Shown here: positions 1-12,900 of the stretch, piece after piece | Numbering within the stretch: position 1 is the stretch's first letter | Layout: every line of letters begins with the position of its first letter | Assembly: GCA_038496445.1 (NCBI GenBank) | Contig: JALMLS010000598.1 | Span: 1 to 64,000, forward strand | From: Trichosphaerium sp. ATCC 40318 | Lineage: Eukaryota > Protista > Tubulinea | DNA length: 64,000 nt | Reading direction: 5' to 3' | Program-made: the position numbers and the translations under genes | The notes under the pieces: generated by a model | What the model saw: the letters and a program-made list of their open reading frames with translations, nothing else | Told to the model about the DNA's origin: nothing | The model's database searches: none

Positions 1-15
1 AGTGACTTTTTTAAG

Positions 16-189
16 GGTTACATGGTTGGATTTGTTTTTGACGAGACAAAGAACAACTCAGAGCTTGTGATATATGACGCATCAGATTTATCTCTTACTT
101 GCCGTATTGCTTTGCCCCAACGTGTTCCATATGGATTCCATGGAATGTGGGTATCTAAAGAACAAATGAACGAACAGCGTTCTCCATAA
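16..189 (+). CDS. Last exon of a carotenoid cleavage dioxygenase / RPE65-family protein (gene starts left of the window)
   Basis: After the acceptor TTTAAG it reads GYMVGFVFDETKNNSELVIYDASDLSLTCRIALPQRVPYGFHGMWVSKEQMNEQRSP*. LPxRVPYGFHG carries the fourth Fe-binding His of this family. Confidence 0.9.
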   Translation, partial: GYMVGFVFDETKNNSELVIYDASDLSLTCRIALPQRVPYGFHGMWVSKEQMNEQRSP

Positions 190-289
190 ACAAATTGCTC
201 CTTTTTTTTGTATATTCAATACAAATTTGAATCTAGATTTGGTTTTTTCCCAGTGATTTCTTTTGTACAGTGAGCAGTTCTTTTCTTAT

Positions 290-368
290 GGAGTTTGTTT
301 AAACAATGCGGACATTGATTATCCTAAGGTTGAAGCAAAACTGTTACCTGGAGCTGATGTAAACCAAG
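290..368 (+). pseudogene. Possible ankyrin-repeat relic
   Basis: Reads NNADIDYP...LLPGADVNQ, then a GTACG donor-like site. No intact gene context. Confidence 0.3.
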
Positions 369-577
369 TACGTTTTCGCTGTTGGTCTTTGTTTATCACG
401 TGCTCTACAAAAGAGAATTTTTTGTATTGTTCATTGTTACGACAATTTCGTGGACAAATTTGGTTGCCACATTAAGTGTGGATTGTGAATTTTCCTCACC
501 AATTTAAAACTACGCTGTTGTATGAAACAAAATAGCAATTCTGCTTTTGGCGTACTAAAAAGTGGATATAGAGATTG

Positions 578-2463
578 ATGTATTTTTTTGAGGCTCTTTT
601 TATTTGTATAGCGCTCAATGGTGTCAGTGCTTCAGTATTTAACTGCACGTGGGATAATAAAGCGTATTATATCCATAATACGAACTCGAGTTTTATTGAC
701 ACCACATGCCCACCTGGTACGCGTTTTAAACACGTTTACAACGACCAAAACAACAACTTATTCTCGCGAACTTTTGGTTCGGGTTAATTTAATTTACCAT
801 CTGGTACCATAACCCCTTTTAGGATCATACCCGTTAAAGCTAGAGACAATAATGGAGACATCTATATTTACACAGTTTTCTGTACGTTCTATTTTTCATT
901 TGAACTTAGTTTTGTATTACATCATTTCAACGTTTGTTTTAGAACATACAAATGTCCGTGTATCGTAATAACCCCTCTGACCATACTCTGTATTGGCATG
1001 ACGGATCAAAAGTGTCTCCTACATTATTTCCAAGGTTTTACTTGGTAAACAATCAAGCAACTATTCGCAACTGCTCTAGGCTTTCAAGAGGTACGATTCC
1101 TAATCAAGAATTTTGTTTTTACTATTTATCAGGTGCTTCAACCTGGATGTGAGGGTACAGATTACTTTGTTTGTGAAGCTACAAAACCAGCAAGCGAACT
1201 GAATATTAGTAAACCATGCATCGAACAGGAATATCCAAAAACGTGTGATCACGTGCTAGCAGGTAAATAACCAGAATGCAATAACTTTTGTTTACAAAAA
1301 ACAAAAGCCAATGTTAACAGTCATTATTTTACAGGTCACTGCTACAAGCTAATAACTAAATCGGAAACTTGGGCAGAAGCACAACGTACGTAATACAATT
1401 TTAGTAGCAACAGCTGAAGATTAATTACTTGTTTTTCTCAGACACATGCACGAAACAAGGTGGCTATCTTGCAACTATTTTATCACCTGAAGAAAATGCG
1501 CTAGTGTACAGCATTGTCAAAGAATATCTTGCGACCACGAATAGATTGATATGGTTTGGTTTCAGCAGTGGGTATACAGGATCACACTTTGCTTTCGAAT
1601 GGGTAACTTTCATGTTTGTTTTTCTTCAGTCTGATAGATCTATGGAATGTCTGATCGTTCTGTACAGGTAACAACAAACGAAAGCGTCGACTATGGAAAA
1701 AAAAATAAGTACCCGCCCTTGGGCAGATGGGAAACCATCTAACCTTGGTTGGACCGGAGGCACTAGACCCAACTGTGCAGTCATGTAAGAGGGATTTTTT
1801 TATTATTTTTTTACATACGTTGTACAGCAATAACTAAAACAGGGATATGAATGGGAACTGGGTAGATAAACGCTGTGATGGTACTGCGAATGGAATGGTT
1901 TGTGAGTTCAATAACGATCCAAGACCAACAAGTACTCACTTTTGTTGTTTTTTTTTTACTTTTTATCGAAGTGAATTTGATTCTTGATCCTGTCGTTGTT
2001 GTGAAATCAAACATCTACGTACCTGGTAAGCCTGTTACTATCTGTTTCACAAATACTTACAAACCTTTGTTAAAGGAAACGTGACTGTTTCAAGTGGAAG
2101 TGTTATTGTACAAAATACATCTACTGTTATATTTGATGTAAGAGAATGTTGGTCACCAGATATACAATTTGATGTTACAAATTTTGACGTACATATTCCC
2201 CATTATAAACAGCTATTCTAACATAGTACCTATTAAAGGGAGCAACTTCAATTATAGCGCAGAGAAGCAGTTGTGAAGAGTTCACACCAAGTATTAAAAA
2301 GAAAAGAACACAATGTATTGATAGGACCAAAACAACACTGAGAACTTCATCTATCTTACGTACAACGTTCACAAAGTGTGATGTCTTACCAAATAATTTT
2401 AAAACTATTCAAGTATCATGGATGCTCCTGGCGTCTATATTGCTATTTTTGTACGTCGAATAA
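578..2463 (+). CDS. Multi-exon secreted or surface C-type lectin domain protein with two CTLD-like regions and a hydrophobic C-terminus
   Basis: Signal peptide MYFFEALFICIALNGVSA. Spliced motifs: LYWHDGSKV..CEGTDYFVCE, HCYKLITKSETWAEAQHTCTKQGGYLATILSPEEN, IWFGF, WADGKPSN, WELGRCDG...FVCE. Tail is WMLLASILLFLYVE*. Apparent frameshifts near 1130-1150 and in the A-run at ~1697-1705. Confidence 0.8.
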
Positions 2464-2735
2464 ATCCTGAGATAGCCATTCTTCATTTTGGTTTTTCGTT
2501 TGTGACATTCTCATATTTTTCGGCGATTGTGCTCCCTTATTGAGTGAGTGTGCCTTAAAACGTACCATGCCCTTGTCATCTCTTTGCTTCGATCTTAGGT
2601 CATTAGTATTGGCTAACAGAAGTATGCCACGTAATCATGAGTATTGCTACGGCAACATTTCTATGAATATTTGGTCATTCTTGAAAAGTAGTTGAAATCT
2701 GCAAAAATGCAATTTAGATTCTTGTAAAGGAGCTG

Positions 2736-5440
2736 ATGAGTGAATCAAAAGGTAACGCCATTGATGCTGCCACAAAATTGGCTGCTACAGTATCTTCTGC
2801 AAAGACCCCAACGTCGTTCAGCGGTATATACGAGAATTACCCTCAGGCGTCAATGAAAGACTTTTTCTCGTATTCAGAAAGCAGTGAGGAAGAGCGTAAT
2901 CAGTGTTTACACATTTTTAACGATCATTTGAACAAAATTAGTACGTTAGTTGTAGTACCTCGTTATTTCGCGGTATTTAGGCGTTCTTTTGGCTATGAAA
3001 GCGTAAACGCTTATGCACTAACACCGTTGTAGCATCTCCAAGTTTCTTCTGTATTTCAGCGCTTTGTATGGCTGGAGGCGCTACAGTAGAAGCTAAAGCA
3101 GGTAATATCTAAATATCAAAATGTCACTTTTAACAACGTCAAGATCCCTCCATCATGGTTACAAACGTTCTCAAATATGTTGAAATGGTAGCAAAGGGTG
3201 CTCTTAAAGTTCAACGAGAGCTAAAACGTAAGGGAATCAACTCAGCGACGCAGAAGGATGTGCGGAAATAATAGCATTTTTTTTTTTTTTCGAAAGAAAG
3301 CACTTATCAACAAGTAGGTCGATACTGAGGTGATACAAGATTTACAGAGTAAAGGACTTGTTTCATATTCAGACATAGATGCTTGGGTATCTTTATCATA
3401 TTTTATGATTCCAGCAATGGCATTCACATCGAGAATGCAAAGCGAGAGGTAACTTTACCTTTTAGTTTACTTTTTTTTCTTTCTTACTTTTTTCTTGTTT
3501 AGAGCAAAACTGAGAACAAGTCATCCTGACTTTGTTTATACTATTAATCAGCTAGCAAAAGTACAAGGAAAAAACGCATCTATTGATACATCTGTTTATT
3601 ATCTATATAACATGCTCAACTCTGTTGTTGATGGTGCAGAAGTGTTAGTTCTTCATCCTAAGAAAAAACTCGGATGTGTTGTTAACGTATTTGGTGTTCA
3701 AAACAATCTACAGTTCATGACCTTATTTCAAGATCAAATACGTCAATCCTGCGCTGATAAATGGGGTGTATCTTTAGAAATATCAGAAGCCTCTAAGAGA
3801 GTTCTTAAAATAGCAAAAGTTGAAGTACATGTGGGCAAAACAGACGGACAAATATATGATCACGTACATACAATAACAAGAGTTGTTTAAGTTCTGTTAG
3901 TTAACTTCTAAAATTTTAGGCATGTTGGTCGTATACTGATTCTAGCGGTTGCGTGGATAAACCAGAGCTCCACAAATGTAGTTTGCACGGACTTGAGACA
4001 GTTGAAGATTTACCAACAGTCCCTTTTAAAGATGAAGGCGGTTTGGAACATAACTATCATGTTATCATATTACATGATCTTGAAAAAGATCAAAAACCTG
4101 TGAAGTGGGTTCCCACATTGTTTTGTCCTTTACACGATGCTTTAAAGGTACGTCAACTAGTTATGAATTAACCAAGTTTTGTTAAGTTTTTGAAATAGGC
4201 TTCAACACGAATTATCAAGACACTTGATGAAGAACAAGTATTATCAATGGTTGCAAGTTTGAAGAAAAACACTGATGAAGAGTCTTACATCAAATACTCA
4301 CATATTGCATGTAACTATATGAAGGTTCGTTATATGACAACAAAAAGGTTTTCCCCCTTAAGTAATAATTTGTAAAAAAAGTCTTACGCGATAATAGAGG
4401 CAACTCCCTGTGTATTCATCAAATACAAGTGTTACATCTATAGATACTGATGTAGGAACGATTATACCAAAAGTATTAGAGATGCAACGTATACAAGATG
4501 AGAAAATGTACTCTCTTTTGAGTTTTACTGTTATTGGTCCAAACGTGCAAAAAACAACAAGTGGAGATGAAGAAGGAATTGAAGTCAAACTAATGGGTAT
4601 TGGTAGTTCAATGAAAATAGCTACACAAAATGGTAAGATAACTATAAACCAAAGAACTACTTTAATTTCAAATAGCTGTTGATGAGTATATCAATGGACC
4701 TCTTATTTCGTTAAAAAAAACATTTGTGACAGGAGTTGGACCTGAAATGCAAATGGCTGTGACACGTGTCGGTTCATGTGATGACAATGGAGAGTAAGTT
4801 ATCCAAAGCTTATGCATAAGTCAAATCTGATTTTGTTGCCTTAGACATCTTGTGAGGATGTTCGGAGCTTATTGTAGTCCAATACAGTTCATCGAGTATA
4901 CAAAAAACAAAGGTAAGCGTTCCTGAAATATAGCTCTAAAAACTTGGAAATAACACACGTCATTTGACTTTCAATACAAGGAATGGCTTGTTGTGCATAG
5001 CGCTTATGACATCCAATTTTTCATAGTTTTTTTGCCGCTCTGTTATTGATAAAAATCACGTGTTTTCTTATGCATAAAATGATTTCACTGACCGTCTTTT
5101 TCTATTTATTTTGCTCATTATATTATCTAGGGGCATGGAGGAAGCAAAGAAATTATTAAAAGACAAGCTTGCGGGCAACAGTCATCCTTTTATAATATTA
5201 ATGCAACCATTGATAGATTGGATAGCAGAGCAATCAGATGATATTGCTACATTTTGTGTTAAACTTTTCTTTATGAAAAACTTAGCTACAGGTGATATTG
5301 AAGGTGAAGTTGTTATAGATAATATACCAAACCTGCATGGAAAACGAACCTTTATTTCTAACTTCAAATGGCCAGAGTATTCAAAGGATATTATTCTTGG
5401 CTTCCGTCTATTTTTTGTATTACATAACAGATCTAAATAA
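2736..5440 (+). CDS. Multi-exon uncharacterised protein; central part resembles a bacterial hypothetical family
   Basis: GT-AG introns join the ORFs at 2736, 3495, 3953, 4410 and 5111. Core motif is VVDGAEVLVLHPKKKLGCVVNVFGVQNNLQFMTLFQD. The last junction (4912/5131) needs one extra A in an A6 run. Confidence 0.7.
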
Positions 5441-5459
5441 AACATGATTTTTACATATT

Positions 5460-6345
5460 TCTCGTTATGTAGTTGCCGTTATGTATTGACTGTTCCCTAA
5501 TCCTCTTTGGTATTGGATGGTGCTGGCTATAAAGTTTTGTATTACCTTATAAACGGCCTGTATTGGTATGCGCCTTAGAGGTTACTTTTTTTTGATGTAT
5601 GTTTGCTACTTAAATGGATCATGTAGGCTTTCAACACCTTCTGCACTGCCCAAATATGAATACTCGAGCCCTGTATGTATTTCCATTAGGATGCATGTAA
5701 AAGAGTGAGTAAGAGAATCCAACGACAAATAAATAGAAATAAGTTGTTTTGTTTGATCTACAATTCTGAAAACTATTTTAGGTGTCTGTTACAACATTTC
5801 ATGTTTCGTATATCTGTTGTAAATTGGCTAGCAGTAGTAATGGCATCATACAAATTAGAATATGTGGAACCAGGGACAGCTGTCACAAGCATACGTTACA
5901 AATCGATTGTATTCTTTTGTTCCGTACGGTTTGATGCTAATTTGCTTTCAAGTTACCATCTTCATGCCATACTTTACGCTCTCTAACTTCTTTACCATCA
6001 GCACCTATGTTCCTTCAATTGGCAGTTTTAGCCACACCTTGAATTCTCAATCAAACTTACCATTTACAAAGTAGCATTCTCTTAGTAGTTCGCCACTCTC
6101 ATACCAACTCTTATATACCCCTACTGAATCACCATTAACACAATTATCAAGATGTTTTAACTGTCCATTAGGACACCAAGTCTTGTATTCTCCTTCTTTC
6201 GCCATTCACATACTGATCAAATATGTTTTAAGTTACCATTGTGAAACCAACTGTCTTCTCCGTTGAGCTCATCTTGTACATAATAACATTTCTTAATCGC
6301 CATTTGATTGTAATTACCATTGAGCTACTACTAGTACCATCCAAT
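5460..6345 (-). pseudogene. Decayed MORN-variant (YwqK-like) repeat gene
   Basis: Reverse strand, switching frames: KCYYVQDELNGEDSWFHNGNLK / EGEYKTWCPNGQLKHLDNCVNGDSVGVYKSWYESGELLRECYFVNGKFD* / DGKEVRERKVWHEDGNLKAN*. Multiple stops and frameshifts; clearest at 5940-6345. Confidence 0.8.
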
Positions 6346-6511
6346 ACAACTACATGGTAAGTACCTATTGTGTCACATTGGATCTCTGATGCCTGCGTCG
6401 AAGAGTGAATATAGGAAAGTTATTGGAAAGTAATTAAATGAATCCCGACGTGTCAAAGTATACCTGACTTAACCTACCAAACAGTTTACAGTGAAACCGT
6501 AGTTGCCCACA

Positions 6512-7506
6512 ATGGCTGAAACGGAAGCAAAACAGCACGAATTTGATGTCTTTATGTTAGAAGACGGCGGACACATTGCTTATTGCAAGTACGTTTAAAA
6601 ACATTCGCTTTCGCAGGACTGTAGTGTAATTTAGTCATTTCACGCGTTTTTACGTATTTGGTGTAACATTTCTCCACTGAACGCTTCTTATTCAATAAAT
6701 TAATTATCTTTCGCCAAAAAACAGTTGTGAATGTAACGTGGCGCGTTTTGAACAACTACTAAGTTCTACACTAGAGATTTTTTAACAAAAGAACGCGCTG
6801 ACGCTGTTTTCAAGCACTTAATGGAAGATTGCTCTTGGGAGCACCCTAAAATGACAAAAGGCAAAGACTCATGGTTCATTCCAAGACTACAATGTACGCA
6901 AACAACGCCAAACGCGATGTCACCTGTCCTGGTGTTCAAAATCCTCCGTCCTGGTTTAAATGAATGGTGTTTTTAATACGAGCTTAGCGTGGATGGCAGA
7001 TGAAGGCATTTCAAACAAACTAGCTTCTTTATACCAGAAACAACCTTCAATGCGTTGGTCAGAACCAATACAAGAGATCAGAAATGAAATAGAAAAACAG
7101 TTTGATTGTAAGTTTGATTATTGCTTATTGAATCAATACAGAGATGGAAAAGATAGGATAGGGTTTCATTGTGATGATGAAGCAATAAAAGAGGGTTTAC
7201 AGACAGTAGCATCACTATCAATTGGTAAGAAAATTCTACGTCTTCGAACTTTGATTGTATTTTTTTTTGGTTTTTGTGGCGGTTCTTTTGGCTAACTGTT
7301 GGGTTTTAGGAGCTACCAGGAGGTTTGTTCTTCGTCATGCAACACGTAAAGATATAAAAGAGCTTGTTTTCGAGTTAGAACATGGATCTATGCTTCTAAT
7401 GCTTGGTGATACTCAAAAAAATTGGAAGCATGGATTACCTAGAGATAAAAAGGTTAAGAATGCTAGAATAAATGTCACATTTCGTATAGCTATTGCAAAA
7501 ACGTGA
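6512..7506 (+). CDS. AlkB-family 2OG-Fe(II) dioxygenase, ALKBH2/3-like (4 exons)
   Basis: PRLQSWMAD, LLNQYRDGKDRIGFHCDDE (HxD), ASLSIGATRRF, LEHGSMLLMLGDTQKNWKHGLP, RINVTFR. Confidence 0.93.
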
Positions 7507-7616
7507 TTTGTGTGACGACCCTAACTAGTTATCTTAAAAGATTGTAAAAGAAGTTCTTAATTGTAATAAACCAAGTGTTTTGTTAAAAAGTACTATCTGT
7601 TTTATATGATAGCAAA

Positions 7617-7925
7617 CGCATAACAGATGAAGTTGTAAAGGTATTGGGTACATGTGAAATTGATTTCCAGCATGGAATGTACATAAATATCAGTGCCATT
7701 TAGAACACCATTATTGACACTCTGCCTTTCTCTTCACTTTCTATTCATTTAACAACACGTACTCTACATAAGACGCAGCAAATATTTAAAAGGTGTACAT
7801 ACTATTAACTTCACAAAGTGTATAAACATTATAACACGTTTCAAATCACTTGCTGGAGTTAAACAATAAACTTCTTCAATTGTACACAAGCAATAGATGA
7901 AGGCCTTAAAGCGCTTAAAGGCCAT
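7617..7925 (+). pseudogene. Decayed leucine-rich-repeat gene fragment
   Basis: ITDEVVKVLG; KYLKGVHTINFTKCINI; FKSLAGV(fs)TINFFNCTQAIDEGLKALKG. Broken frames. Confidence 0.7.
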
Positions 7926-7986
7926 TAATTTGGTACTTCACTACATTTTAATTAGCCAGACATCATAGCAGTTTATCATTGAAACG

Positions 7987-9386
7987 TCAAGGACACCTTT
8001 TATGTATGACTGTTGGACCCCATTCATCGTACTCTTCCTTTGATATCCTATGCAAAAAAAAAATGAGCCAGAATCTGTGTATTTAGGTAGTGTGATATTA
8101 ATCTAGAAGATAGGTACCATTTTTTCTCAAATTCCGGTTTACACAACATCAATGAAGCGCCTTTCCATGCAGGATAATGTCTATCCTCAAAGCATGGCAT
8201 TGAAATATTGACTCCACCTTTGCTGTTTAAAGCAGTAAGCTCTAACTCCAGTCTATCAGCAAACCCAGGGAACAGCGTTGAACCCCCACATACCAAAATA
8301 TCGCTGTTTGAAGATGACTGATTGTTAACAAACTTGTGTTGATAAACTCAATGAATAATATTGTACCTTTTTAGAGTTTTGTTTGTGCGCTTTTTGCACT
8401 AGATGGTGTACACCGCTGCAATTCTTATTTAGCAAACATGGGTTGAAAAGAGCTTCTGGACAGGAAAATCTCTCAAAACCAATCTAACATTTTGTTACAA
8501 CATCAAAAAAAAGTAAACTTCTTACCTTGTCAAGTCCAAGAGTCGGTTGTGATATATCCTTTTCGTAATTATAGTTGCTACTAACATAACATATATTTTC
8601 TTTAATATAATCAACTTCTTTTCTAACCAATTGCGAGCTCTCACCAAGTGATGCACCAGTCTCTGCAAGCATGTTTTTAAGAAAAAACTTAGATCTCTTC
8701 CGCCTATCTCTGACTTTTGACATGATTTTCGGATTGTGATACCGTTTTGTACAAGAACAGCATATGTAATAGTATCTCCAGAATACAGTACGACCCCATC
8801 AGAAATTCCAGCAGCGTCCATACAAAAAGAAGATCGTGGGGCAATATACAGGCACGGAATAGCAAACATCTCAAAGAACATTTGCGTTATTTTCTCTCTA
8901 AATAAACAATCACGTGGCTCACATTGCAAAAAATAAAATAAACAACACAAGCACTTGCCTACTTCTTTTTGGGTTCCAAGGTACCTCTGTAAGTACCACT
9001 GGAGTCTCTTCAGGAGCAATACGAAGAATATCATAGTAAGTCTTATAAAACATTTTCTCTGCAGCATCCCAATCTGAGATAACACCTCGGTCTACTGGAT
9101 ACACCAGAGAAGAACCTTCATGGATTCTTGAACCTCCAGGCAGAGAGGTTTTACCTACTACACCAACTAGAAAATGAATAAGCACGCAAAACAGCCAAAA
9201 ACGGTTCGTACAGTTTCCGTCAGATTTTCGCTCTATAACCGTTGGAAATACTGTGTGTGGTGTATTCTCTCCTATAAAACCGACTGTACTCGTTCTGGAG
9301 CCAATATCGATTATTACAAGAGGAACTAACCAGTTTAGAACGAATTAAGCAAGTAGTTTGCTGATATAAAGCAACATACGTTCCAT
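7987..9386 (-). CDS. Divergent actin-related protein (orphan Arp)
   Basis: Spliced: [123 protein letters not shown]. One GC-AG intron (8898-8958) and a one-base frameshift in the A6 run at 8682-8687. Confidence 0.9.
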
Positions 9387-9900
9387 AGTGCCAGAAGTTG
9401 CTTCCGTTAATGACGTTGACTGTTATTGACAAATTAAATCAAATTTTTTGACGAGTTCGCTCATAGGAACCCAAGCGGAAACATAGAGCACGTTTAACTG
9501 AAAAAGATAAAAGGTAAGAATTATTTCTTACTTGACAATGACTTATTAGTTGCTGGTAGAGTTAGCATCCATTTTCTTGTATCATTGCTGATAGCAAAAT
9601 AAAGGTATCATTAACTATGGCAATAAAGGTTGCCAGTTTTAGTTACGGACACATACCATTGATTGCATCTTTTCGATAAACTCCAGCTGACATTCTACCA
9701 AATTCCGACTGTATTTAAAAATGCTTGGAGACGACAGCAAGATCTAATATCTCAGGCACAATTCTATGGTTACGGCATGTGCAGAAAAAAAAAGACGCTC
9801 AGTTTGTATGTATGTACATGGTTTATTCTTTTGTTACAATTACACGTGCTCCTCTTCAGAAACGAGAGATTAAAAATAGATTTGAAAAAACTTTCAATCT

Positions 9901-12900
9901 TTACATACCAGTATTAGTCTGTGCCTTTATACGATTCAATCTCTCCCTCAAATTAGAGAGAGATGATGTAGAAGGTTGTACAGTACCAGCAGCTTCAGGA
10001 GCAGCACCTACAACATTCATAACAGGCGCTGGAAGTGGCGCACTGTGCATCCTTTGATCAGGAATACGTGAAGACGAAGAAGAGTTCTTTGCTTGCAAAG
10101 CTTGAAGGCGATTTCTAAGTGATCCATACGCAGAAGATGCTCCAGGTGCAGGCTGCATAGGTGCGGGCTGCATAGGTGCGGGCTGCATAGGTGCGGATGC
10201 GCCAAGCTGATTCACTGTGTTATCTGCAGGCGTAGTAGTAGGGTTTGTCATGCGCGCGAGGCGGGATTTTAAATCAGTGATTGATTGAGCTGTGGTTGGC
10301 GGTTTGTTTGTAATATCCTTCAATCGTGTTTTTAGGTCTTGTATCGAAGCAGGTGGTACAGAAGGTTTAGGTGCTGGTGCTTCGTATGATCTAGAAGGTT
10401 TTGTAACTGCATTGATACGTGCACGCATAGCCTATAATAAGATTGTGAGTACTTAAAAACAAACGAAAAAAAAAGAAAAAAACAAGAACGAAATAGTGGG
10501 CAAAAAAAACGAACCTCAAGAGACACTGGTCGTGACATTGGTGCTACTGAAGAAGAAAGATTACGCATACTCGAATTGATAGTAGAACTATCAATGCCAA
10601 CTTGTTGCTTATACGAGAGTAATCTTGATCTGTATCCATCAACAGTCAAAGTGGATTGAAGAGTCCCTAATTTGACGCTAGGATCTCTGTTTGAATACGC
10701 TGGAGCGTCCTCGTTTCTTAGTTGGTTCAAACCTCGTTGCACATATAGTTGGAACTTTGAGCTTGTCTGACGGAGGTATGGGTCAAGAGAAAGGGAAGGA
10801 TGCTTCTTGGTAAATGCATAGAGTTCTTGGAGTCCTTTTTTCGTAGTTGTTGGTTGAACAACCATTCTGAAGATATTGCGAAGTCTTGTCTTCTCATCGC
10901 TTTGAGATGGTGTAGCCATAACCATAGACTTTGCAGGAGAGTTCATACGGCGAGTACTAGGACTAGGCATATGTGTCATCGCAGCTTCAAGCTCATATTT
11001 AACCTAGGAAGAGGATAAATCATACAAAGTTTTTTTAAAAACAGAACAAAAACCAAAAGCTCGGTTTCTAATTATACTTACGTGTGGGTGGTGTTTCTCA
11101 AGCATAAGCTTAATAAACGAAAGAACAGTAGGTGGAGGATATAGTTTAGGGATCAAATCTAATTCATCAAGAATATCACCACCTTGAAGAAAGTAAGAAA
11201 ACGATAAAATGCACAAAAAAAAAAAAGTAAAACTTGCACTTACCTTTCAAAACAACTAACTGATTTAACAGAGTACGAACAACATTATTAGGTGTTGCAT
11301 CACGTCCTTGAACTCTCCAGTATGATTGAGGGAATGCAGCAAAGAAATTATGAATCTCACCTAAAGAAGAAAAATAAGAACCGCGAACACCAAGAACCAA
11401 AAAAAAAAAAACTAACGAAAACAAACTGAAAGACGTACTGAGCAGGGAGGAGATAGATAATTTTTGAATAGTATGATTAAGACTCTTAGCACCCTTCAAT
11501 ACACACTTGCAAGCAAGATTAACAATACCACTTGCAGCTTGGTTTGTTTTTTGCGCTTCAAGCAAGTACTGAGATATTGTCTTCAAAAAGATTGTGAAGA
11601 AAGCGGTGGTGTCAGTGTTATCAATGATGCTCATCAACAAGAAATTAAGGCCCTACAGAACAATTAGTTTACATACAAGCTACAGGTTATACATGACTAT
11701 CACATACCTTGATAATATTTGGTCCGTCCTTGAGAGGAGCAATAGCGTTCTGTGCATTGACATTAGCAAGAACAAGAATAACAACATTTTGAAGTGTTTT
11801 TTCTTGAACTGCTTTGGCTATTGTCTTGTTTGCAAATATTTGCATCAAAGTATTCAACAAGTACTTGCAAAGACGTTGTCTTGTATCCTTCAAGTTGCTG
11901 AAACAAGTGTTCAATTTAGCACAAATAGCAGAGATCAAAGCATCAACATGTAGGATAAGTCCTGCTTCGTCTTCCTTTACTTTAGCGCATACAACCTTTA
12001 GTGTAGCTACTATTTGATTATCATCTCTTCTGTTAATCTCTACAATCCAGTTTGCAACTTGTTGTCCAGTGCTAGGCCTAAAAAGGAAACTTAATAAAAC
12101 TTCTTTTATTATCTTCTTCAAAAACTCTATTAAACGTACTTTACGGTCGGAGCTTGCATTGCAGAGGCAGAATCACTCTTCAAGTGCTGTGGAATACGAG
12201 ATCTTTGTCTTGGTAACTGTGGTGTAGGACCAACCATATCAGTTAGACGAGTATCAGCCAATTCAGGAGTAGGCAAAGCTTTACTTTCAATGCGCTGAAA
12301 AAAAATTAGTTTCAAGAAGGTAAGTGTTGATCAGATACATACCTTACTGCTAACCGCTTGAACTTTATCGAGTTCCAACTGTAGGTTGCTCAAAGACATA
12401 CCACGATTGATTGATGGCTTAGGCTTAGGAAGAGTAGATGCACGAGAGAGCAATTTTGCAACATTAGCAGAAGGTGCTTTCTGTTGTGTAATATTAATTC
12501 TTGGGTTCGTTTTTGGTGCAGGAGCAGCAGGTGCTATAGAACAGAGATGTGAGTACATAAACAACGAAAAGAACAAAGAAGGCAAGAACGTACAGTCATT
12601 TGCTGCTGGATCACTAAAACTCTGACGAAGAAGAGTAGCAGTTTCTTCTGTGATGGTTGGAAGGTAATCCCATATTTGCTCCTTAATCTCATCGTATACT
12701 TGATTAAAAACCTTCAATACAGCGCCCTGAATAACAACAGGAGTTTCCAGAGAATCTGCTAGAAGTGGTAGAGCCAATGAAGGATCACAAACACGAACAC
12801 CCTAATAATTTATTACGGTCAGAGCAGGAACTCAAAGAGTGAAAACAAACATACCTGTGCTTTGAACAAATAGCGCAAATGAGCAGCGCACTCAACAACA

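Noticed and set aside
2470-2680. Possible ankyrin relic on the minus strand (HRNVAVAIL)
   Set aside because: Too short and degenerate to support.
6612-6680. tRNA-like A-box (GGACTGTAGTGTAATT) in AlkB intron 1
   Set aside because: No T-loop GTTCRA and no acceptor-stem pairing or cloverleaf.
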